The notes under the pieces were generated by a model that was given only the letters and a program-made list of their open reading frames with translations, was not told where the DNA came from and made no database searches. A stretch of DNA of 64,000 bases from Squalus acanthias (taxonomy: Eukaryota). How positions within the stretch are numbered: position 1 is the first letter of the stretch; every line of letters starts with the position of its first letter. Shown here piece by piece: positions 1-13,700 of the stretch. The stretch is taken from positions 72,664,001-72,728,000 of the forward strand of contig CM059430.1 in assembly GCA_030390025.1 (NCBI GenBank), given 5' to 3'. The position numbers were made by a program, and so were the translations under genes.

Positions 1-2575
1 CCCTTTACTACAAGGTTATTAATTAACCCGTTTTCATTGAGATCATCTCTCATTATTCTAAACTCCAGAGAGTATAGGGCTAATCGACACAGTCGCGCCT
101 CAAAGGACAATCCTCTCATTCCAGGAATCAATCTAGTGAACCTTCGTTCAACCGCCTCTAAGGCAAGTATATCCTTCCTCAGTTAAGACCAAAACTGTGC
201 ACAGTACTCCAGGTGTGGTCTCAGAAAAGTCCCTTACAATTGTTGGAAGACTTCCTTACTCTTGTCCTCCAATCCCCTTGCAATAAAGGCCAACCTAATT
301 ACTTGCTGTACCTTCAAGCTAACTTTCATTTACGAGGACACCTAAATCTCTCTGAACACCAACATTTAATAATTTATCACCATTTGAAAAATATCCTGTT
401 TTTCTATTCTTCAAACAAAAGTGAATAACCTCACATTTCCCTCATTATACTTCATCTGCCACCTTACTGCCCACTCACTTAACCTATCTATATCCTTTTG
501 CAACCTCTTTGTGCTCTCCTCACAGCTCACTTTCCCACCTACCTTCGCATCATCAGCAATCTTGAATACTTTACACTCGGTCTCTTCATCTAAGTCATTA
601 ATGTGGATTGTAAATAATGGAGCCCTATGCACTGATCCTTGTGGCACCGCAATAGTTGCAGCCTGCCAACCTGAAAATGACCCGTTTATCGCTACTCTGC
701 TTTCTGTCTGTTAACCGTTCATCTAACCATGATAATATCACCCCAACCGCATGAGCCCTTATCTTGTGTAACAGCCTTTCATGTGACACCTTATCGAACG
801 CCATTTGGAAATCCAAATATACCACATCCGCAGCTTCCCCTTTATCTATCCTGATAACGACATCCTCAAAAAACTCTAATAAATTTGTCAAACACGATTT
901 CCCTCTCAGAAAATCATGTTTGTTCTGCCTAATCATATTATGATTTCCTAAGTGCCCTGTTACCACTTCCTTAATAATGGATTCCAGCATTTTCCCAACG
1001 ACTGATATCAGGCTAACTGTTCTCTCTGCAACTAGCAAAATACTGCGGATGCTGGAAATCTGAAATAACAACATAAAATGCTGGAAACACTCATCAGGTC
1101 AGGCAGCATCGGGGAGAGAGAAACAGAATCAACGTTTCGGGTCGAGGATGAAGTTCTGACAAAGGGTTCTCGACCCAAAACGTTGACTCTGTTTCTCTCT
1201 CCTCGATGCTGCCTAACCTTTTGAGTGTTTCCAGCATTTTCTGTTGTTTTAAATGTTCTATCTCCCTCCTTTCTTGAATAGTGGGGTTACATTTGCTACC
1301 TTTCCAATCCATTGGTACCGTTCTCGAATCTAATGAATTCTGGAAGATCACAGCCTATGCATCCACTATCTCTGGAGGCACCTCTTTCGAACCCGACAGT
1401 GTAGGCTGTCAGGCCCAGGAGATTTGTCAGCTATTAGTCCTATTCGTTTCTCAAGTACTATTTTTCTCGACTGATATTAATTACTTTAGGTTCCTCACTG
1501 CTATTAGCCCCTTGGTTCCCCACTATTGTTGGTATGCTTCTTGTGTCTTCTACTGTGAAGACAGATACAACATAATTGTTTAAAATCTCAGCCATTTCCT
1601 TATTCCCATTAGGTTTCCTCCTGTCTCTGCTCTAAGGGACGAACGCTTACTTTTGCTACTCTCTTCCTTTTTACATACATTGCAATCTGTTTTTTTTATA
1701 TTTCTTGCTGGTTTACTCTCATATTCTATTTTCTCCATTTTTATTCATTGTTGGTCATCCTTTGCTGGTTTCGAAAGCTTTCCCAATCCCCTACTACATT
1801 TTGCAACTTTAAAAGTCTCTTCTTTTAATCTAATACTATCCTTAACTTATATAGTTTGCCATGGATGGATCACTTTTCCCGTGGAGTTTTTATTTCTCAA
1901 TAGGATGTATATCATTCAGAATTTTGGAATATTTCTTCAAATGATTGTCACTGCTAATCTACCATCATACCTTTTAATCTAATTTCCCAATCTACCTTAG
2001 CCAACTCACCCCTCATATCTGTGTAATTGGTTTTATTTAAGTTTAAGATTCTGGTTTCGGACTGAAGTCTTTCACTCTCAAACTCAACGTGAAATTATGT
2101 CATATTCTGATCACTCTTCCCCATATAATATTTTACTATGAGATTACTAATTTACCGTGTGTCATTACCAATACAAGATTTAAAATAGCCCGTTCCTTGT
2201 TGGTTCCATGATGTATTGTTCTAAGATACTGTCTCGAATGCATTCCACAAACTCGTCCTCCAGACTACATTTGCCAATTTGATTTGCCCAGTCTATATGA
2301 AGATTAAAGTATCCCACGATTACTGCATTACCTTTGCTACAAACTCCTATTATTACTACGCTGTCCAACGGTACAGCTACTGTTATGGGTACGATAAACT
2401 ACTTTCATCAGTGTTTTTTGCCCCATGTTACTTCTTATCTCCACCGATACTGAATCTACCTTCTGATTTTCCGAGCCAAGATCCTTTCTCACTACTGTTA
2501 TGTTATCCTGTATTATTCGGGCCACCCCTCGTTTTCTATTATGCCTATCTTTTCGAGGGAGACGAACAGGTCCAT
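1..2575 (-). mobile_element. Decayed CR1 LINE ORF2 (APE endonuclease to RT)
   Basis: Fragments GKSCLTNLLEFFEDV, VYLDFQMAFDKVSH, PQGSV..FTIHINDLD, KIADDAKVGG and EQYIMEPTR, with many stops and frameshifts. Confidence 0.9.
1028..1253. mobile_element. Palindromic Penelope-type short insertion with decayed hammerhead motif
   Basis: Inverted arms of about 70 bp (1075-1147 vs 1169-1240). Near-TSD TGTTCTCTCT/TGTTCTATCT at 1018-1027 and 1254-1263. Same family as the copies at 25376, 34428 and 37476. Confidence 0.75.
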
Positions 2576-2579
2576 AAAT

Positions 2580-4235
2580 ATATGAAGGCATTTAAGATAG
2601 GAAAGGGGGAGAAAATTTGTAAACTAATTCAACCAGGAGGGAATAAAACCCCCGCTCTAGATGGATTGCATCCGTGCATATTAATTGAAATTAGGGAGGA
2701 GATAGCAGAGGCACTATTGTATATATATTCATTACAAATTCATTAGAAAGTGGAATATTGCCTGAGGACTACTGAATAGCTAATGTGATGCCTAGATTTA
2801 AAAAGGGAGCTAGAACAAGTTCAGGAAAATATAGATCAATTTGCTTAACGTAGGTAAGATATTGGAAACTTTACTCAAACATGCAACAGAAAAACATCCA
2901 GAAACCTAAAATATAATAACGTGTAGTCACCACGGATTCCAAAAGTGAAGCTCAGGCTTGACCAACGTTATTGAATTATTTGAAGAAGTAACAGAAAATG
3001 TAGTAAGGGTAATGGAGTAATATATTTGGATAAAAAAAAACCTTCGATAAGGTATGGCATAGTACACGCATGACGAAGCTCGGGGCATGTGGAATCGGGT
3101 GCAAGTAGCAGAATGGCTAGCAAGCTGGCGACAAAAAATAAAACAGAGAGTAGGTGTTAAATGTAATTAAACCGATTGGCAAAAATTGGAAAGTGATGTT
3201 CCAGAAGGATCAGTGCTATGACCACTGTTGTTCACCATTTACATAAACAATTTGGACTCGGGAATTGGAAGCACGATTTCAAAATTTGCGGATGACACCA
3301 ATTTGCGGGGCGGGGTGTAATTAATACAGAGGAGGACTGTGACAAAATACAGGAAGACATTAATAAACTTTCAGAATGGGCGTGTAATTGGCAACTGAAC
3401 GTCAATATAGCTAAGTGCGATGTGGTATATTTTGTTAGGAAGAATAAGGAGGCTACATACTCCTTTGCAAATAATTAAACGGGATCGAAGAACAGAGGGA
3501 TGGGGGCACAGATACAGCAATCACTATAAGTAGCGGCACAGGTTAATAAGGCCATAGAAAAACAAACAAAGCACAGGGGTTCACTTCTAGAGTGATGGAA
3601 TTAAAAAGCAGTGAAGTTATTTTAAACTTGTATAGAACCTTGGTTACAGCACACTTGGAGTACTATGAACAGTTCTGGTCTCCATATTATAAAAACGATA
3701 TAGAGGCACTGGAGAAGGTGCAAAAAAGATTCACTAGAATGCTATCAGATATGTGAGGTTATACCTATCGGGAAAGATTGAATTGGCTGGGGATCTTTTC
3801 TCTTAAAAAGAGAAGACTGAGCGGTGACCTGATAGAGGTCTTTAAGATTATGAAAGGGTTTGATAGGGTAGACGTAGAGAAGGTCCTTCCACTTACGGCG
3901 AGACGAGAACAGGGGGCCATAAATATAAGATAGTCACTAATAAATCCAAAAAGGAAATCGGGAGAAACCTATTTACCCAGAGAGTGGTTAGAACGTTCAA
4001 CTAGCTACTGCAAGTAATAGTTGAGGCGACTAGCATAGATGCATTTAAGAGGAGGCTAGATAAACACATGAGGGCGAAAGGAATAGAAGGATATGGTGAT
4101 GGAGTTAGATGAAGTAGGGTGGGAAGAAACTCCCGTGGAGTATAAACACCGACATGGTCCTGTTGGGCCGAATGACCTGTTCCTTCGCTATAAATACTAT
4201 GTAATACTGCTCTGTAATACTATGTAACACTATAT
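2580..4235 (+). mobile_element. CR1 LINE 3' portion (RT to 3' UTR)
   Basis: Reads KFADDT (aaatttgcggatgacacc), LEYYEQFWSP and KRRLSGDLIEV. Ends in a TACTATGTAA-type tandem tail at about 4195-4235. Confidence 0.88.
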
Positions 4236-4572
4236 AACAGAACTGATCCACACTAACTGGCCTCATCGACTCCCATATGACCAGACAAGGGCCTACCATT
4301 TCCTTTGTTCCCACTTGGAACCTATGAATATTAAAGCATTGATTCCTTCATTTTAAAGGGATTGCAGATTTCAAGAATAGGTGCAGTCTCCAGATACCAA
4401 TGTCTCTCGGTCATTAAAATCACCAGCTCCTTCCTCCCATTCCAACAAATGAAAATACGGTTTATAAACACTTCATTAAATCCAGCTAGATGTGGTCTTC
4501 AGACACCAGGATGGCCAGCTTCATGTAATTGTAACATCACTGGCCATTTGGTGGTGATTATACAATCCCGGA

Positions 4573-4707
4573 TTATGCGCTTTGCTTGTTTATGCTGATC
4601 TCCGCATACTCCGCTCTGGTTTCCTGCTGTTTCCTTCTTCCCGTTTTCTGAGAAGCGGCGAGATCCAGAGACGCGTAAGTCAGTTTACCATCTGTCCCTT
4701 GCTTGGT
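4573..4707 (-). CDS. Exon 7, terminal cytoplasmic exon with ITIM LTYASL and AEYAEI
   Basis: Acceptor gcttccacag|. Translates to TKQGTDGKLTYASLDLAASQKTGRRKQQETRAEYAEISINKQSA*. Confidence 0.9.
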   Translation of the reverse strand, partial: TKQGTDGKLTYASLDLAASQKTGRRKQQETRAEYAEISINKQSA

Positions 4708-7700
4708 CTGTGGAAGCAACAATGAAACATCAGGAGGACCTGTTACTTACACTACCTGTTCCAGGCTGTCAATGCAGGTTACAAAGGTCAAACACCAGTA
4801 CCGGACCATTCTTTTTTGGAATGGGTTACTGCGTTACTCGGCCGTACCTGGGCATAGACGGTACGCTCTTCCTTATTTCTGGGTTTCCCAGTTTTCCTTT
4901 GCCCGCTGAGGTTGAGAGCAGCGTAAGACGGATTCCCCGCCTCTCCTCCTCGCACGGTCTGAGGAGAGGTTTTGGAGAAATATTAGCTGTACATCACATC
5001 ACAAACAGCACATTAAAGTACCACTAAAGGCCAAACACATTGATCAAAGATTGAGTAAGTATGATCAGTGCATATCATTGCTGTAAATGGCATTGTCCGT
5101 GTGATAATGGTCAGATAAGGACAACGGATGCAACTATTTCCCAGCCGGTGCCATTACCCTGAATATTCTTCCACAATCCGTGTTAGCAGAGCTCATACTG
5201 GCTTAGTGTGCCAAGGCCTGACCCGTGTGCTACTGAACAGTTAACACACATCCAAGTTCTGAGTGTGCTGTTTACAAAAAGGAAAATTACCCTCAGTGGC
5301 TCTGGGCCCAGGAAGGGGTGGCGGATTTTTCCCAGGGGACCAACCCCGATCTGCACTCAGAGATCCGGCTGAACAGTTCACGGGTGCGGATGTTGGATGG
5401 GAACAGGACCGAGCTCGGTTATGAGGCTTCACGCGGCTGAATAGTTGCGCAACCCGCACTGACCAGATGCAACTATCAACAACGGTGTCTGCGAGAACTT
5501 GAGGGTTGCATGAATCACCGCTGCACTGAGGGGTCAAATGCTATACCATCGGAGGTGGAGAGGACATGGTGAAACATTGGACCCGGCAGTGATCACCGTG
5601 TGCTCCCCGGTGACCGGGAGCCGTTCTGATGTACCACTGATACCGGTATAACTAAGTTGTAAATGTACAGAACATATGCAACAGCAATCTATTTCTCGTT
5701 GCACCAACATGAAACTGACCTGCTCCTCGAAGTGATCGGGTATATCCTCACTAATCTCTGTACCTGATAGAGAACGAAATTTACATCAGTGATCAATTTC
5801 ATCATGGTCCGGTACGTGACCGCCAAAAGTTACCCAACATTCAATCAAATTGACCAGATTCACCGACCAGTAGAAAGGGGTCTGAGCAGTCACGGTATTC
5901 CCATTATTGGAATATAACCCTTCACATCCAATTCTATTGGTGGGTGAGATGGGGACCATTTTACGGCCGAACACCCCATGTTACGTCCCACCATTTGGTT
6001 GACGAGCTCTGCCCCGCCCGACAGTCCTGCATTAGCGGCATTTATTGTACAAAATTCGCAGCACCACCGTCAGTTAGTGTAAAGAACTAAAATACCGTTT
6101 AGCTTTATGTTCCAACGTGGTGAAATTATTCTGACGGTTCTGTTGGATTTGAGGTCCTGCCCTAGTCACAACACTGGCCCCAGGAGCAATAGACACTGTT
6201 CTCAAAATCTATATCCCAGTCTGGACCCTTTACCCTTTCCGGTGCCGCGGTATTGAACTGTAACTGGACGATAAAACCCAATTCTGAACCAGGATCGTGT
6301 CACGTCTTACCTTCAGTTCTGTCTAATTTGCATCGCTTGACAAGAATTGCCAGCAGTAGAAGTATTAGCACGCCCGCTGCACATCCAGACACCAAGAGGT
6401 AGGGGAAAGTACCGTCAGCTAAAATGGTTAGAGAAAAGGGAATGTTAGCATTTTACAAAGGCGATGATGCTAAATAATTAAACAACGTCAGATATCGGGC
6501 AGCACCGACACGTCACTTTCACCCTCTCTCACGGAGATACTAGGGAGACTCCATCTTTTCTTTTATCCTGATACCTTATTGTCTGTGCATTAAAAGACCA
6601 AAACACAGAGTAAAAACACAGGGAATTTCCGTGTGTGATAATATCAGCATTAATTCTGATTAATTGTCATATTTTAACCAATGATTAGGCAGCTTTCTTC
6701 ATGATGTGTGCATGAATATATGTATGTGGGATTCACTACCTTTGGGTGTGTCTCCAAGTTTCTCTCTCTCTACGTGTATCTTTGCGCAGGAAAAACACCC
6801 AAACGGATAAAAAAAACCTTGGCCAATTCGGGAAAAGGAGTTATGGGAAATTTACTCGAAGCGATGAGGGACGAGTTCCAGTAACATTGGCCATTAGACA
6901 CATCACGCAGGACTCAACCTGCCTTTTGTACTCAGCGATATTATTTGAGGGATTTGTTGGGTTTCAGGTCTGGCCCTCGGCACAACATTGGATCTCGGGG
7001 CGGTGCCAGAGGACTGGAGGATTGCAAATATTACACCCCTCTTTAAAAAAGGGGAGAGGGATAAAGCCGACAACTACAGGCCAGTCAGCCTAACGTCTGT
7101 GCTGGGGACACATTTAGAGACAATACTTAGGGACAAAATTAACTGGAAAAGTAGGGTTTAATAAATGAAATTCAGCATGGATTTGTTAAAGGCAAATTGG
7201 ATTTGACTAGCTTGATTGAGTTATTTGATGAATTAACGGAGAGGGTTTATGTTGTGTATATGGACTTTGAAAAGGCTTTTGACAACGCTTCACATAATAG
7301 ACTTGTTAGCAAAATTAAAGCCCATGGGATTAAAGGGACAGTGGCACAATGGATGCAAAATTGGCAAAGCGACAGAAAGCAGAGAGCAGTGCTGAACAGT
7401 TGTTTTTCAGACTGGAGGGATGTATGCAGTGATGTTCCCCAGCGGTCATTATTCGACCACTGCTCTTTTTGATATATATTAATGACATGGACTTGGATAT
7501 AGAGGGCATAATTAGAATGTTTGCAGACAACACCAAACTCGGAAATGTAGTAAACAATGAGGAGGATAATAATAGACTTCAAGAGGACCGAGACAGATTG
7601 GTAAAATGGTCGGTCACGTGGTGGATAAAATTTACAGAGAAATGTGAAGTGATACATTTTGATAGGAAGAATGAGGAGAGGCAATATGAACTAAATTGTA

Positions 7701-10700
7701 GAATCTTAAATGGAGACCAGAACAGATAGACCAGGGGGTATATGTAGACAACTATTTCATGGTGACAGGACAAGTTCAGAAGGCTGTTAAAATAGCATAT
7801 GGGATTCTTGACTTGATTAATCGAGGATTAGTATTCAAAAGCAAGGAAGTTATGGTCAACCTTAACAACACACGTGTTAGGTCTCAGCTAGAGTATTGTA
7901 TCCAATTCTGGACAGCACAGTTAAGTAAGAATGTCAAGGCATTATAGAGGATGCAGAGAAAATTTACTAGAATGCTACCAGGGATGAGGGACTTCAATTA
8001 TGTGGTGAGACTGGAGAAGCTGGGGATGTTCTTTTTAGAGTAGGGAAGATTAAGAGGAGATTTGTAGAGTGTTCATGAAGGGTTTCGATAGAGCAAATAA
8101 GGAGAAACTGTTTCCAGAGGGCAGAAGGGTCTGAAACCAGAGGACACAGATTTCAGTTGATTGGCAAAAGAACCAGAGGCGACATGAGGACATTTTTTTA
8201 CACAGAAAGTTTTTGTGATCTGGAATGCACTGCCTGAATGGCTGGTGGAAGCAGATCCAATAGTATCATTCAAAAGAGAATTGGATAAATACTTGAAGTG
8301 AAAACATTTACAGGGCTATGGGGAAAGTGCAGGTGAATGGGAAATCGGATAGCTCTATCAAAGAGCCGGCACAGGTACAATGGACAGAATGGCCTACTTC
8401 TGTGCTTTATCTGCGCTGATATCCACCTCGTCCGGCTTCTTTAAACATTTACAGCGAAAGCGCGCTCACTGCACGAGCCTTCGGCATATTCCAAATGTCA
8501 GTGACATTCTGGGAGAAGACAAATCTCCTGACATCTAAAGCAGTTCTGTGCATTCATGTCTCGTCCTTCTCCCCAATTCATCCAATTCAAATACTCTATG
8601 CACGTGTACACAATCTAGCCCCTTCACCATTCAATTAAATCTCCCCGAATTCTCGCTTTTTTAAAGTATAAATGCCCAGACCTTTGAACCTATCGTGATG
8701 ATTTAGGGTTTTTAAACTAGGCATCAGTCTAGTGGCTCTCCTCTGTTCCGTTTCCCAGTGCCTCTATACCTCTCACCATATGAGGGACTAGAACTGGTCA
8801 CAGTGTTGTAGATGAGGGCTGACTACCTCAAGGATATTAGAGGACTCTTTACTTGTATTGGTTTGCCCCTGCTATACTTCCCAATGCTCTATTTTTATTT
8901 GTCTATAGCCTCTCCGCAGTGGTCGTGGACCTTTCGATATTCCTACACTATATCAGCCACGTCTCTTTCCTTCTCAACATCGTTTAATTCAGAGCCTAGA
9001 ACACTATATACATGCTTGGCATTAGCCATGCACACGTGTATTATATTACGTATATCTACGTTAAATGTAATCTGCCAGATGCAAGCTCATTTCCCCCATC
9101 GCATCGAGATGAGATTGTAACCCTTTTTGCTCCTCAACGGTTCTGACACTTGCACAGATATACCATCAGTGAACTTGCGACGCCTTCATCCAAATCAGTG
9201 GTATAAATCGTGAAGTGTAACGGCCATACACCGATCTCTAATGGACCCAACTGTAGCCGGCCTCTACATGGAGTCACTGACATTAACGACAGCACTCTGT
9301 CTATGAGAATTACAACCAATTCCCTAATCAAACCAGGATCTTCCTTCTAATCACACATCATTCCATCTTACTTCGTGCCATACTTTCCGGCCCATCGTCA
9401 AAAGCTTTTTGACACTGCAATGAACACAGTAACCCCCTTCACACTCACTCCATTGATAATGTTCTGGTGAAAGATTAGTGGAGACAGAAAGTCCGTGGCA
9501 GGCCCTTATATATAACACTGATACAGTTCAGGGCAGTAATGAGAATCTGAGGCTCTTACCCGAATCACGAACCGTGTGGCTGTCGTAGGCTGGAGCCCGG
9601 AGAGTGACATGAGACACCTGACAGATATAAACCGACCAGTTCTCCACAGGGCTGAGGGAGCTGGAAACTTGATACAATCCCACCTCGTTCCGTTTTTCCG
9701 TCGTGTTTATCCCAGATGTAATTTCGGTGCCATTTTTATACCAAATGATGTTAAACTCCTCCGGGAAAAAGTCAGCCGTTGTACAGAGGAGTTTGAGGGA
9801 TGGAGAGGGCTGGCGGGTAATCTTCACAGGTGTTGGCGGCACTGGAAAAAAGTAAAGGGTAATTAGTTAAAATCGCTACTCGTGTATTACATTTGGAAAG
9901 GGAAAGAATAGCCACCGAGAAAGGAGAACATGTTGCAGCTGCAGTTTTCTTTAATGGGGAAAAGTCATCGCCATGTTTAACGAACACGTGGTTTGCTTGA
10001 AGCAGTACATGGCAATGTTTCTTTCGTTTTTTGTCTTTATCCAGCACTCAGTCAGGGGAAGGCTCCTCGTCTGTGCACTGAAACGAATTTCAGTCCCAAT
10101 TAAACAGAACACGTCTTGTGCGAGCTCTCAAAACCCTCTGCCCGTGTTTCACTGTGATTTCGACATTTGGTTTTAAATAGGTTTCAGCGTTGCTAACAGG
10201 GAGACATTACATTCTGTAATATGGTTTCACAGACTAGGTGTTAACTTAATGCAACAGCATGAAGAAAATTCCTTTCCAGTCTGGGACTTGTCAAGGTCTA
10301 ACCTGAACGAAGCTATCTGCTCCAGAGCTCACTTAGTCGGTTCATTTCCGAGATAATGTACAGGTCTTGACTCCGGTTCGCGCTCTGCGTGAATAATTTC
10401 AAGTCTTCGTTACTGTTCAGATGTCACGAATAAAAAGATAAACAGGCCAAAGAAATATCAAAATACCCATGCTCCCAATATCTTTCAGTTACGGAGATTC
10501 GTGTCCCTCATTCCTTGCGGATCAAGTAAATTCACTGGACTCCCCTCCTAGTTGGAGCCTTGCTGGCGCAATAAGAATCCTTATTGAGTCATTCATCTGT
10601 TAAGCGCTTTTGGGCTGAGCGTTGCTGAATTGGACTGTCTCAGTGCTCCTTCTCCAATTGTTACCTTCCGGTTAAATTACAGAAGTTGAAGGCAGAAATA

Positions 10701-13700
10701 CACATTACCAGCCGCACTCCAAGCTCTCGATCTCAATCCAGTCCGGTGCCCTTACCCCGCATTCTTTAATATTTTGCCTCAAGTGTTAATTTCCTTTACT
10801 AGCTCTTGTGAAAATCTATCCCACGTTCTAATAACCCTTTGAGTAAAAAAAATATTCTAACCTCCCTTTATTTTTCTACAGCTAATCCTAAATTTGTGCC
10901 CCTTCATCATCAATGGTAACGCCGCTCAAACCCCTTTTACTGGGCCTGCCTTTAACTCGTTTTATCCACAGATTTAGGCCTGACATCACCAAGTAAATAC
11001 TTTTTACACCTTCTCATTGACATCATTACAGTACCCAAAAGAGCAAGCTCATTCAACACTTATTTTTTTTTTACAAGTATGTGATATAAATGGCCACATA
11101 CATGCATAGTATTACATAAGATACACGGAACAGAAACAGGCCATTCGGCCCAACCAGTCCATGCCGGCGTTTATGCTCCACTCGAACCTACTCTCGTCTT
11201 CCCTCATCTAGCTCTATCAGCATATCAGCATAACCCTCTATTCCCTTCTCCCTCATATGCTTATTTAGCCCCCTCTTAAATGCATCTATACTATTTGCCT
11301 CATTGTCCCAAACTCCTCCAACACCATCCCTGGGTATATCCTGTCCCACCGGCAGGACAGAGCCACCAGCGGTGGCGGAACAGTGGTACACAGTCGGAAG
11401 GAGTGGCCTAGGAGGCCTCAACATTGACTCTGGAACGCATGAAGTCTCATGGCTTCAGGTCAAGCATGGGCAAGGAAACCTCATGCTGATTACCACCTAC
11501 AACCATCCCTCAGCTGATGAATCAGTACTCCTCCATGTTGAACACCACTTAGAAGAAGCACTGAGAGTAGCAAGGGCACAGCATTTACTCTGGGTGGGGG
11601 AATTCAATGTCCCTCACCAAGAGTGGCTCTGTAGCACCACTACTGACCGAGCTGGCCGAGTCCTGAAGGAAATAGCTGCCAGTCTGGGCCTGCGACAGGT
11701 GGTGAGAGAACCAACACGAGGGAAAAACCTACTTGACCTCGTCCTCACCAATCTCCCTGTCGATGATGCATCTGTCCATGACAGTATTGGTAGCAGTGAC
11801 CACCGCCCAGTCATTGTGGAGACAAAGTCCCGTCTTCACACTGAGGACATCCTCCATCGTGTTGTGTGGCACTACCACCGTGCTAAATGGGATAGAGTCA
11901 GACCAGATCTAGCAGCTCAAAACTGGGCATCCATGAGGAGCTGTGGGCCATCATCTGCAGTGGAATTGTATTCCACCACAATCTGTAACCTCATGGCCCG
12001 GCATATCTCTCACTCTATCATTACCATCAAGCCAGGGGACCAACCCTGATTCAATAAGGTGTGTAGAAGATCATGCGAGGAGCAGCAACAGGCGAACCTA
12101 AAAATGAGGTGCCAACCTAGGGAAGCTGCAACACAGATTACATGCATGCTAAAAAGCAGAATCAACATGCTATAGACAGGGCAAAGTGATCCCACAGCCA
12201 ACGGATCAGATCAAAGATCTGCAGTCCTGCCATATCCAGTCGTTAATGATGGTGGACTATTAAACATCCCCATCCTCAATCATGGTGGAGCCCAGCACGT
12301 GAGTGCAATAGACAAGGCTGAAGCGTTTGCAACCATCTTCAGCCAGAAATGCCGAGTGGATGATCCATATCGTCCTGCTCCTGAGTTCCACACCATCACA
12401 GAAGCCAGTCTTCAGCCAATTTGATTAACTCCAAATGATATCAAGAAACGGCTGAGCGCACTGGATACAGCAAAGGCTGTTGGCCCCGACAACATCCCGG
12501 CTGTCGTCCTGAAGACTTGTGTTCTAGAACCAGCTGTTCCTCTAGCCAAGCTGTTCCAGTACAACTACAACACTGGCATCTATCCGAAAATGTGGAAAAC
12601 TGCCCAGTTATGTCCTGTCCACAAAAAGCAGGACAAATCCAAACCAGCCAATTATCGCCGCATCAGTCTACTCTCAATCAACAGCAAAGTGATGGAAGGT
12701 GTCATCGCCAATGCTATCAATCAGCACTTACTCACCAATAATCTGCTCATTCAAGCCCAGTTTGGGTTCCACCAAGACGACTCGGCTCCCGACCTCATTA
12801 CAGAGGTGAGGTGAAAGTGACTTCCCTTGACATCAAGACAGCATTTGACCAAGTGTGGAATCAAGGAGCCCTAGTTAAACGGAAGTCAATGGGAATCGGG
12901 GGGAAACGGTCCACTGGCTGGAGTCATACCTAGCACAAAGGAGGATGGTTCTGCTGGTTGAAGGTCAATCATCACAGCCCCAGGACATCGCTGCAGGAAT
13001 TCCTCAGGGCAGTGTCCTAGCCCAAACATCTTCAGTTGCTTCATCAATGAACTTCCCTCCAACATAAGGTCCGAAATGTGGATGTTCGCTGATGACTGCA
13101 CAGTGCTCAGCGCCATTTACAACTCCTCAGCTATTCAAGCAGTCTATGCCCGCATGCAAAAGACCTGGACGACGTTCAGGCTTGGTCTGATAAGTGAAAG
13201 GTAACGTTCGCAACACAGAAGTGCCAGGCAATGACTATCTCCAACAAGCTAGAGTTAAACCATCTCCCCTTGACATTGAACGGCATTACCTTCGGCGAAT
13301 CCCCCGCCATCAAGATCCTGGGGATCACCATTGACCAGAAACTTAACTGGACCAGCCACATAAATACTGTGGCAAAAATAGCAGGTCGGAGGCTGGGTAT
13401 TCTGCGGCGAGTGTCTCGCCTCCTGACTCCCCAAAGCCTTTCCACCATCTACAAGGCACAAGTACGGAGTGCGATGGAATACTCTCCAATTGCCTGGATG
13501 AGTGCAGCTCCAACAACACTCAAGAAGCTCAACACCATCCAGGACTAAGCAGCTCACTTGATTTGTACCCCATCCAAAACCTTCAACACTCACTCCCTCC
13601 ACCACCGGCGTACCGTGGCTGCAGTGTGTACCATCTACAAGATGCACTGCAGCAACTCGCCAAGGCTTCTTCGGCAGCATCTCTCTAACCCGCGACCTCT

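Noticed and set aside
9528-9559. Secreted V-C1 isoform by C1 read-through (GKSLRFSLLP*)
   Set aside because: Possible in principle, but the donor is strong and I found no supporting polyadenylation evidence.
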